Positions 42,513-52,481 of a DNA stretch of 64,000 bases are shown piece by piece. Location: assembly GCA_040954595.2 (NCBI GenBank), contig CM082577.2, positions 7,155,846 through 7,219,845 of the forward strand. Reading direction: 5' to 3'. A program made the position numbers and the translations under genes. The DNA is from Balanoglossus misakiensis. Taxonomy: Eukaryota > Animalia > Hemichordata. Below the pieces are notes generated by a model. It did no database searches, was not told where the DNA came from, and saw only the letters and a list, made by a program, of their open reading frames with translations. Each line of letters begins with the position of its first letter. Positions within the stretch are counted from its first letter, which is position 1.

Positions 42513-43598
42513 ATGGCATCTGTTGACTACTCGCACTACGACACCAATGGAAGTGGTAACTTCAACGGATCTCTGGAGTACTTCCCACGACCAGAGAGAA
42601 TCATCATGCCCATTTTGTTCAGCATCATCTTCGCCGTCGGCCTGGTCGGCAACATACTCGTCATGGTCACCGTCATCGTGGGCAAGAGCCGGCAGAACAC
42701 GACCAACATCTTCATATTCAACCTGGCGGTGGCGGACCTGCTGCTGTCCATCTTCTGCACCCCTTTCTTCATGACCCTGTTCCTGCTGCCCGAGTGGATC
42801 TTCGGCGAGGCCATGTGCAAGCTGACCAACTTCCTGTACTACTGCACCATGCTGGCCAGCATCTTCACCATGGTGGTCATGTCGGTGGACCGCTTCCTGG
42901 CCGTGGTCTACCCGATCCGCACCATGAAGATCCGCACGCCCGCGGTCGCCGTGGGAGCCCTGGTGGTCATCTGGACTCTATCCATCGCCGCGGCCATGCC
43001 GTACCTGAAGGTGTTCGTCGTGGAGACCTCCAACTACCCCGGGGAGGAAGGGGTGACCTACTGCGCGGACTCGTGGCCCGATCCCTACCGGCAGCGCCCC
43101 GCCTACAACGCGTGCATCTTCGTCATCGGCTACCTGCTGCCGTTCGTCATGATCACCGTCATCTACCTGCTGATGCTGAAGAGGCTGTGGAACAGCGTGG
43201 CGCCCAGCAACACGAGCAACGACAACGTCAAGGCCAAGAAGAAGGTCACCCAGATGGTGGTGGTGGTGGTGCTGGTGTTCGGCATCTGCTGGCTGCCGCA
43301 CCACATCATCAACATGTGGGTGAACTTCGACTACTACTTTCCCTTCAACACGGGCACGTACGTCCTCCGGCTCCTGGGCATGTTCCTGGCCGCCTTCAAC
43401 TCATGCGTCAACCCCATCATCTACGCCTTCATGTCGGAGAGTTTCCGCAAGAACTTCAAGAAGGCGCTGACCTGTTACCGACGCAGCAACCAGGTGCAGG
43501 GCACGTCTGTCGCCTCCACGCAGCCGACGAACACGAAACAGAACGCTACAGGCACGTCCTCCACCGAGGATTTCTGCTTCAATGATCAGGTCGTGTGA
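42513..43598 (+). CDS. GALR: Class A neuropeptide GPCR, galanin receptor/allatostatin-A receptor family, single-exon CDS, 361 aa
   Basis: Seven hydrophobic helices with GN (TM1), NLAVAD (TM2), WIFG..C (ECL1), SVDRF (TM3), YLLP (TM5), CWLPHH (TM6), NSCVNPIIY (TM7), helix 8 FRKNFKK then Cys; N-terminal NGS sequons. NTTNIFIFNL, CWLPHHII, FPF..TYVLR and YAFMSESFRK closely match galanin receptors. Strong GC3 codon bias. Confidence 0.93.
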   Translation: MASVDYSHYDTNGSGNFNGSLEYFPRPERIIMPILFSIIFAVGLVGNILVMVTVIVGKSRQNTTNIFIFNLAVADLLLSIFCTPFFMTLFLLPEWIFGEAMCKLTNFLYYCTMLASIFTMVVMSVDRFLAVVYPIRTMKIRTPAVAVGALVVIWTLSIAAAMPYLKVFVVETSNYPGEEGVTYCADSWPDPYRQRPAYNACIFVIGYLLPFVMITVIYLLMLKRLWNSVAPSNTSNDNVKAKKKVTQMVVVVVLVFGICWLPHHIINMWVNFDYYFPFNTGTYVLRLLGMFLAAFNSCVNPIIYAFMSESFRKNFKKALTCYRRSNQVQGTSVASTQPTNTKQNATGTSSTEDFCFNDQVV

Positions 43599-43829
43599 CA
43601 AATGGAGAGAAAAACTTTCATTAGGACTGAAAGTACTCGCCTTTAACATTTAAAAATGTCACATTGACGCACCTCCCTTTTCAAAGGGGGCGATTCTGTA
43701 GTCTCGCCAGAGGTAGAACACAGTTTCACGTACCTCCAAGCTTCAGAGCGTAAACTCTTTCCCTGCCTACATTGTATATATATATACGTACTCCGAGAAT
43801 ACGAACTACTGTCTCTATCTCTAGAGATA

Positions 43830-44487
43830 ACATTATTTATTATACACCTACTGCTGTAACCTATGGAGTTCCGTTATACAATAATTCGCGGTATCACCGT
43901 CCAATAATTATTCAAATGAGGACGCGGAGTCCCATAACCCACAGGGTTATTGGACGCATATTTGACCTTTGACCTCACAGCTGTCTGATGTAAACAATGA
44001 TGATATTGCACCCTACTCTCACAAAAAATTATATAAAAAGTACACAGTCGTTATTAAACAAAATTATTGGTGGCCCAAAATGCGAAATAAGTCAAAATCC
44101 TCGATGAAATTTCAGTCGAAGGAATGTGTGAACGAACAGGCGAGCGCGTTCATCGCTGCAGCGTAGAACGTCGCGCGCGAGACATCGGCAGCTCGACACT
44201 AGCATCACCTGATGCGCGAGGTGAAGGCGCGTTCGATATGCAAATTACATCATGGCGGCGTCTGAAAACGAGAAAGTCCGATAGCGGCCTATTTATTCTT
44301 TATCGTTCATCAAGGACGTCCGGAAAAGGTGTAAAATAATAAGGTTATTCACAAAATACCGGGATTTATGTCCTCGTACATCGTACGCTTCGGTATTGTC
44401 CTCGACGCTGCGCGTCTCGGACAATACCTGCGCTGCACGATGTACTCGGACATAAATCCCGGTATTTTGTGAATAACCTCATATTAT
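43830..44487. mobile_element. Putative non-autonomous element ending in a long subterminal hairpin (Crypton-like architecture; class and left boundary uncertain)
   Basis: CpG-rich internal segment, small hairpin ataaccc-aca-gggttat (43934-43950) and 138-nt inverted repeat 44342-44479; no transposase ORF. Confidence 0.45.
44342..44479. repeat. 138-nt inverted repeat/hairpin
   Basis: 32-bp perfect outer arms (44342-44373 with 44448-44479), then 9-, 10- and 5-bp stems separated by near-symmetric mismatches, 3-nt loop. Confidence 0.97.
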
Positions 44488-47400
44488 CCATCTCTATTTT
44501 TTCAAGTTATCGTTACCATGTAACTGTCTCAACAACTTTATACGAATAACAATATGAACATATTTCAATGTTTAATTCACTTTACTAAACAAGTTTTCTT
44601 TGTAACATGTAATGATACATGTATACTCCTGGTGTAGTAACTATTCTGACATGTATATCAATTATTTGAACATGATCATACTACATGTATTGTACTATGT
44701 AGGTAATTGGTCACGGTATGACCAAGGAGTTTTAACTCAATCTACTGCTTTAATAAGTAATACTCACCATTCAAGAACTGCCATTGAGGCGCATTAATCA
44801 TCGCCGTAAACATGGCAACACTTTTTATTGACCGCAGTGAATCACACAGATCTGTGTTTCAATTAGTGTCACTTTCTTCAAAGCATATATGTTCACGTTT
44901 CCTCCCAGTTGTGGGTTCCACGGTCAATCTTTACTGGTTTTCACATGTAAGTTCAAGGCTAGGACAGTTCTATTAGTTCATTGCGTTATACTGCAGTGTG
45001 CAAGTACTCTACTAGGCACTGTGCCCGTTCATAGCAGCCTGTCGATTCTGATCCCGCCTCAACTAGTTCAACCTGGACGGGAGAAGACCATTTACGAAAG
45101 TCGACGAGCAAGGGCATTATGTCTTAAATGTCAAGACCCCGACGAAATGAGCCACTAACCATCGAGGAAGCCCTTTTCTCCGGCTTGGAGGAGCGCTGGC
45201 TTCATTAACCCCTATACAAGAATTGGAAGAGTGGGAACTGTGGTCGCCAATCTGCCTCAGTTCTCCAAATGGTGCCAATTTACACGAGTAATTTGCAGGG
45301 TGGTCGGGGTCAGTAACAAGCGCGGAAGCACTGCACCTCTTAGCCGTTTGAATACGGCTATAATTAAGCGCAGTGCCGAAGACTGTTTGCATCGCCGACT
45401 GGAAACTTGGCATTTTAAAATTTTACCCACGACATGTGTTGATTAGTGTACCTTGTACGTATTTGGAAATTACAATAAATCTGGGAGTTTCTGGAAGATG
45501 TGTGTTGATAAATGTAGTGTCGTCATTATCGTCCAGTATAGACCCAACATTGTGTTTAATTCACATTGGATGTCAAATGGATCTGGGTTGATCGAAAAGC
45601 CTCTTTTCCCATGCCCTGCAAAGCTTTCTGTTCGGCTGCGCTGCTACCATGACGATTCAAATTTGAACATTGGAAACAAACCGATTTCGATGCATTCGAT
45701 CCCCGGGGTTTTTATTTCTCTGAAACACAGTGCATGTACTCCCTTTCAACGGTAATTCACAAGACGTTCGAGGAATGACCTCGCGCTGGGGTCGACGCGT
45801 TGAAAGATTTTCGATTGTCGTTTTAGCGATAGCATGCGTCTTTGCATCTCGGAATCCTGTAATTTCATGCCTGTAATGCGAATTGTTCGGAATTGTATAT
45901 ATGTTTCAGTCTGACAATTAAGCTATCGAATAACCACCAGCACATCAGACGTCGTCGGTGAAATGCAAGTAGGCGCAGCTTTGTTTGTCTGGCTCAATCG
46001 TGGACATCCTCATTTTCGATCAGATGGATGATGTTCCCAAAAGGGGTTTCCGAACGACGGTCATTAAGATATATTCTATAGATGTTCCTTGGAGTGCGTG
46101 GTGCCGGCACAGCTCCAGTTGAACAGTGAAATGATCGTTGACGCACATGTAACTACGAGTTCCTGTCATCAACGTGCGTCAGTTTATTGATGGATCAATG
46201 CACCATCCAAACGGTCACAGAACCCTACGTTGGAGATTGAAATGTTGGAATAAATGCGAGCGTACAGGGTACTCTCTCGTTGTCTAGTTTTAAAGTTTAT
46301 CTATAGGGAATCTTCTTCAAAGAGGGGCATATAATGGCCTCTACATTTGATCTTCCCTTGGGACACGCGGCGGCAAGTGTGCTACAATGCATGTACAGAA
46401 TCGATCGTTATCGAATATGATACTATTTTATCACACTACATTCAGAGAATAACTTGACATCCTGTATGTTTAAGAAAACAGGTTTCCGTCACAACAAAGG
46501 CGGTACAGTGTCCATGTTGTTCACAAAAGACTCAGATAGCCCGGAAAAGGTCTATCGATTCCAATAAAAACCACAGGGTTTTCACCTTCAAAACCCACTT
46601 GAGGATTTAAACATGCGCAAAATGTCTTCGCGGTAACCGCATATGTAATAGGGGTGGTTCTCTGACTTAAATCGCAATCTCGCAGTAGTGGGGGCCTTGT
46701 TTAGAATGAGACAACAGCATTTATAACAGATTGTCAAAATGACAAAAAAACGAGAGAATTCGATAAATGATAGTTTTTTCCTGATATTTGATAGTGATAT
46801 CTTTACGGCCTCTTATTGGTGGAGAGTTTGGGTTCTAACCTTTGTCCATGAGAGTAACTTGTTGTATTGATAAAAGCGTCCGAAACTGTTGCTTATTCCA
46901 TAGACCCTAGAGAGAAGGGTCTAGAATGCTGAATCAAATAAAAAGGGCGCTTTCTACCTGCAGACGTCAAGTGCGGACGTGTGTATACGAATCGTTAGCA
47001 TTACTCTGGCTGATACTATCAGGCCTCATGATTGTGAATGTAACTATTACCATTCGTAATAGCACGCACATGTGTGCTTTTAAAATCAACGCCAGGCCAT
47101 GTTAAATTAGATTGGCTACGGTTCACTGGCGGTAATCGTGGATCAACAATGGCTAGGAAGCTGGTTGTTGGTGCGGAGTCGCCGGTCATTATGCGTTTAG
47201 GAATTTCTCCGCGTCTTTTTTCGTCGTTTGCTCGTGTTTGGTAAAAGTTGAGGAAATGGTCATGACGTGTGACAATGGGATTAATTTACGCGTGTGTGAA
47301 AGTGAATGGATGTGGACACGATGTTTTCGTGAAAAGAGAATTCTCGAAAAGGGTCAATATCATGGTGTATATTAATGCATGTTATTTCAGACCAGCTGAG

Positions 47401-49146
47401 GGTTTACTTTGGTGAGAGGGGTTTAATTCTTCCGGACAAACGGCCACCAAATTCAGCGCATGGATGCGCGAGCAATCATACCACGTTATGACAGCGCTGA
47501 AACCTGACGAACCATGCTTTCCATCAGGGCCACATCATTGCACAGTGTCTAAAAGCTGATGTCTAATGGACCAAAAGCTTGTGCATCGCAAAGCTTCCGT
47601 CTGTGTAGGATGTATTTCGCGTCCTATACACGCGATAGCCTGCACATAGAGTTCTCTCCTTCAGTCAAATGTGTGGATGGGCAGGAAGCCGACATCTGAC
47701 AACTCCGAACCAGTGGGATTGAATGTCCCACCTTTTCATCATTTTGCTGCTGTTACAGGAGCCTACAATCCACACATCTATTCCCTGTAGTCGGCAAGTT
47801 AATGCCAGTGAATCGACCGAGGACTGCGATTTTATGGAAAGGCACGGTTCGTATTCAGATGTTTCAAAGGCTATTCGTTTCCTCCAGAAACTCTACTTAG
47901 AAGTGTCGCCCCTTCATCAATCAACCGCTAGCCTGCTGGGAGCGCTCACACTGGTTGCAAAGAAATGTTCTCTCATTTTTTTGTCTGATTTCTACGGTTT
48001 GCCATTGAAAATAAATAAGCGAGTCACACCACGACTCATCACACGCCGAGTGTGTGATTTATCATGGGATAATATCATCTGAATAACTACAGAGTAAAAT
48101 GGGCCGATACCACACCTTTGTGATAAAGACGAATGGTGCCAACAACACACGTTTCTCGCGAGAATGGGCCCTGCATGCAAGGCGACGTAGGGTGTATACT
48201 CGCGTGCCAAGCTACCGAGTATGCATTTGCATCAGATTCCCGCCAGAGCGACAAGAAGACTACTGACAAAAAAAGCATGATCCTACTTCACTTCAAGATA
48301 AAATCGCTGCCCCAGAAACCGGGGTCATTCTGTGCCACTTCCCAAAAACGGCGTGTGTCGTGCGTTGACGTTCTTATTTTCGAAGGTCAACAAAAGAACG
48401 GGATGATCTCCATTAGTACGGTTGGTGCCGTCCAAGATGCTATCAACGAGCTTATAGGCTCAGCGATTTCTCCCAAGCGAAGTGTCTATTGGTTTTCGTC
48501 ACTCCATCGGGTGTTTTCACGCAATCGTGTATCTTTTTTTATGACGGATATAAAACCAAAGTAACTTTTATCCCATCGTTTAGATTATCTCCAAGAATTG
48601 CTGGAAGATGGGTTCATTGAGGAATTCGTTCGCCAACGAGTCTGGCGTTCGTGCATAGAGGTGTGATCATGTCGCCAGATAACATGTTGCTATAGAAAAC
48701 ACAACCTTCTCGTCGTAGGTGGCGCTAAACGTTAATGCTGTAAGTTGACGTGGCCTACACAGCCGGTATTAAAATTTACAACCGTTCCTGCGAGAGACGT
48801 GTATGAAAACGAACTTGGATGAAACGAACTTTGGTGATATTTAATTTAAAATGTCCTTGCACAAAAATTAGTGGAATTATCCCAATTTTAAATAGTGACA
48901 CCCCACTAAAAATCTGTACTATTAGTAGGCCTTGTCAGTGCCCTCAACGGTCAATTTCATTCCTCCCTACATAACCAACGGATAGTTCTTGATATTCTTG
49001 ATGACTTTGTCAGCGTCTTTGCTCTGAGGCCAACAATATCAATTTATCAACGTTCACATTTCGCTGCGTCGATCATGTGACATAAAAGGGAGCTGATTGG
49101 GACGTGACCCGTGTCGACCATGCAGCCAACGACCAGCAATAGATCA

Positions 49147-49469
49147 CCAATATAAACGGGCGCCGGGGGAAGGAGTATGCGACGACTATAGACAGGCTGT
49201 ATTGGCATATGGTACACTCAAAGTATACTTCCACCTCAGAATAATACCGTACAAAAAGGTATCCCCAGTTACAGCACCTATTCCTTTAATGTACACGTTT
49301 TGCTTTTCCATGCAAGACAATGAGTTAGTTTTGACGGGCCCTGGCGCGACGTGTCTGCCTCGTGGAGAAGGAGACCCCCGTGTTGAATGTGAAAGTCATT
49401 CACCTGTGCATACATAAATAATTTACGAGTTACATAAGCACCGAAGATCTTCCCCCATTTTCCCACCAG
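49147..49469 (+). promoter_or_regulatory. TATA box, short non-coding exon and 5' UTR intron of the first FABP gene (predicted)
   Basis: TATAAA at 49151-49156; candidate donor AAG|GTATCC (49259); strong acceptor tcttcccccattttcccacCAG| (49469), 45 nt before the ATG. Confidence 0.45.
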
Positions 49470-49514
49470 CACAGGGTTGTCAGACAGACGGTTTACAGCG
49501 TGCACTGAGCAAAG

Positions 49515-49925
49515 ATGTCTTTCCAAGGCAAATGGCAACACGTCAAAGACGACAACATCGAGGGGTTTTTGGAGGCTGTCGGCGCCAGCGAGGAGGGTAG
49601 GAAGATAGTGCGCGAGATACACCCAGAACTCGAGTACGGCCGTGACGGCGACTATTACACGGTGCGCATCAACATGCCCGGTGTCAGCGAAGTCACGGTC
49701 AAGTTCAAGGAAGGGGAGGAATTCGACCAGCCGTCGAGCGTTGTGGACCCGAGCAAGACCCGACGGGCCACGGCCACAAAAGTGGGCGACGGCAAGTTCG
49801 TGATCAAGACGTCGCCGGGGGAGAAGCTCGATTTGACGGAAACGCGCGAGGTCACAGGGGACGAAATGGTGACCACGCTGGAAGTAGGGAGCACGGTCAC
49901 CAAGCGTTATTTTAAGAGACTGTAA
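49515..49925 (+). CDS. FABP: Intracellular lipid-binding protein (FABP family), copy 1, 136 aa, intronless CDS
   Basis: N-terminal GKW motif, DNIEGFLEAVG helix, FKEGEEFD, ETREVTGDEMVTTL and C-terminal KRYFKR; family-typical length; GC3-rich. Confidence 0.92.
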   Translation: MSFQGKWQHVKDDNIEGFLEAVGASEEGRKIVREIHPELEYGRDGDYYTVRINMPGVSEVTVKFKEGEEFDQPSSVVDPSKTRRATATKVGDGKFVIKTSPGEKLDLTETREVTGDEMVTTLEVGSTVTKRYFKRL

Positions 49926-50349
49926 AAGCGATTTCAAAGTGGTGTTCATCTGAGGTGGGTTTTGTATTGGGCGGAGGTTGCACAGAGCAAGTTAATTTCA
50001 TTTGACCCCAATCTGCGCTCGCCAGGTACCCGCACCCTATATTAAACTGTGTCGCTGCTATTAATCCTAGAGTAGAACTTTGCTTTTGTATGACGTCAGT
50101 CGTGGTGGCTCTTGGGAAAATCTGGAAGATCCAATAATTTCAAGAGAAAGTTGAGTGCATCAAAGAACCATTATTGTATGTTAATTTATTCGCTATAGTT
50201 TAAAGTGGTTTGTTTGACCTGGTGAGGACACTGTCGCTGAAGTCTGCGGGCTGAGCACTTGGGGAGGATTTGCTGGTGTCGATTTGAAGTTACTCGCATC
50301 TAGTTTGTTGGCGTAGTCATCCACTTCGGACATTCGTGAACAAATCATC

Positions 50350-50757
50350 ATGGCACTGCTCGGGGAATGGCTACACTACAAGGACGACAACATCGACGCG
50401 TTCTTCGACCTCATCAAGTCGCCGGACGACGTGAGAGCGAAAGCCAAGGAGGTGCACCCCAAGCTCGTCATGGCCAAGAGCGGCGACACGTACACGATGC
50501 AGATCGTCGGTCCGCAGAAGACGCTGGAGTCCAGCTTCGAGGTGGGCAAGGAGTTCGACCACGTCGCCGGGCTGAGCGACCGCCGGCGCCGCGCCATAGC
50601 CGAGCGGCTGGGCGAGGGGAGCTTCCAGATCAAGGGCGTCAGCGGCGACACGCCCATCGATCGGCTGGTCGAGACCCGGACCCTGGTGAACGGCGACCTG
50701 GTGCTCACCCTGGAAGCGGACGGCGTTGTCGCCAAGAGGTACTTCAAACGGCCGTGA
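50350..50757 (+). CDS. FABP: Intracellular lipid-binding protein (FABP family), copy 2, 135 aa, intronless CDS
   Basis: GEW, KDDNIDAFF, FEVGKEFD, ETRTLVNGDLVLTLE, KRYFKR; good Kozak atcATGG; roughly 35-40% identical to copy 1 by manual alignment. Confidence 0.92.
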   Translation: MALLGEWLHYKDDNIDAFFDLIKSPDDVRAKAKEVHPKLVMAKSGDTYTMQIVGPQKTLESSFEVGKEFDHVAGLSDRRRRAIAERLGEGSFQIKGVSGDTPIDRLVETRTLVNGDLVLTLEADGVVAKRYFKRP

Positions 50758-52204
50758 AAGTCGCGTCCGACAAGGGACAGTCACGCGACACTTCACTACA
50801 AGATCAGAGACCAGAAGCGAACATGCACATCTATTTTTCATCAAGGCTCAACTTGCACGAACTTAGCAATTTGTAGCCATGCATATGTACTTCTTCAAAT
50901 GCCAATCTAGTAATGACTGTGAAATACTTTTGTTTTCGCGCAATTTTAATTTGTGAACTTTTATATTTTACAATATTTTGTTTGCTGTTTTTCAGAGCTA
51001 TTTTTCTACGCGTAATACTTGCAAAGTAATCATATCATCCAAATCACAGAGAGTGAATGAAGTAGAATACGATGATGACAGTCTGTCCACGATTATACTG
51101 ATTTCCATACCACTACACTGCCGACGAACCACTACTGACGTCATACTTTGTCACGGGAAGCTTTACGGAGATTAGGAGTTTCAACCCCATCAATAATTGT
51201 TCTTTTGTCCGTTTTGCAAGAATTAAACGTAGCTGCATGTAAAAAAATAGTTGAATGTTTGTCTTCATTGTTTTCTGACTTACTTCCCGTTCAATGTTAA
51301 GATGTTTGTGCGGACAATTACTGCCGATGCCAGCAAAAAACGTTACTTAGCTTAGAAATGTAACCCTGAAAGGCCGATGATTTCACTCCGTCCAGACGTT
51401 GAAGTTCAGGAACAAATTGATTCGATTCAATGTCAGGAAAGTTGAAAGTGGCTTTAACAAAATACATGTCAGTTTTGCATATTAATTTGCAGTGTACATG
51501 AATATTGCAACATTTCTGTAAAAATACATGAACATGCCCCAAACGTTAGCGAGTGGTACTGGTGGGTGTGGTCGCACCCTTCACCGTGTCAAGTGATGGT
51601 TGAGCAGAGCTCCCCAGACACAAAGCCTGTATTGTTGAATCCGCAAGTTTCTTTTGCCTTTAGCGGTCATGAATAGACGTGCTGTCAAGTTAACGATCTC
51701 TTTGTTTGTCGGTTATAATCCTATTTAAAATTTGAATCCCTTTAGAATTTTCTACACTAGCTGTTGCGGGCGTGTCGCACAGTTCACAGAATGATGGCCA
51801 GCCATATACTGTGTCCCAGATACATAGTCTGTATTGATTGTTGAACCCTCAACCTGGATTCGCCTTTACCAGCTGCGATGCATACGCGAACCTTTTGTCT
51901 TTGTCAGCTAAAATCCGATTTAAGAGTTTGCATTTTAATCATACTTTATCTCCCCAAGAATGCATGGCTTTCAATTGCGAAAAGAATGCACTGGGAAAGC
52001 AAGTTGCAAATCCTGGCAAAGCTCTCCCCCCCCCCCCCCCCCCCCCGCCCGAGTATTTTGCGAAGCAACGAAATTCCTCGGTCGGCGGTCGCTATGACCA
52101 GGCAGAAAGAGAATGGCGTTATAATTATTCTTTGTGCCAGGAACACACAGGCTGATCTGAGATTGGTTGACGTGACGTGCCTGCACCTTTCGCCGACGGG
52201 GGTG

Positions 52205-52481
52205 CCCGGGGGTGTAACTCCCATTAAATATTGTACGGGTGTGGCCGGCAATTCTAATCCGAGACCAAGATTCTGACAATTTTCACCTAAAAATGTATAC
52301 CCCTTAATAGAGCAAATTATTGACACGCAATATTGTTGAAACATGGATAGATGACATTATGACCCTCTCCCCATCATTGAATGAATTAGGAAACCATATA
52401 TATTGGACCAAATTAGTGAAAACTCAAACCTAAAGGGCGGCACGTATACCTAATTGCAAACATAGGAAGTACAGCCCCGGG
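52205..52481. mobile_element. MITE-like element with CCCGGG termini and imperfect terminal inverted repeats
   Basis: Left end cccgggggtgtaactccca...gtgtggccg versus reverse complement of right end cccggggctgtacttccta...cgtgccg; AT-rich 277-bp body, no ORF; no clean TSD. Confidence 0.65.

Noticed and set aside
42523-43649. Long alternative-frame and antisense ORFs over the GPCR (263, 108, 97 aa and others)
   Set aside because: Shadows of the GC3-rich codon usage; low-complexity His/Arg/Gly/Pro translations with no family motifs.
48710-48727. CTCF-like TAGGTGGCGCTA between the GPCR and FABPs
   Set aside because: Lacks the conserved 5' CC half of the motif.
49278-50876. Overlapping ORFs of 223, 169, 157 and 123 aa over the FABP genes
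   Set aside because: Same shadow effect; only the FABP frames carry recognisable motifs.
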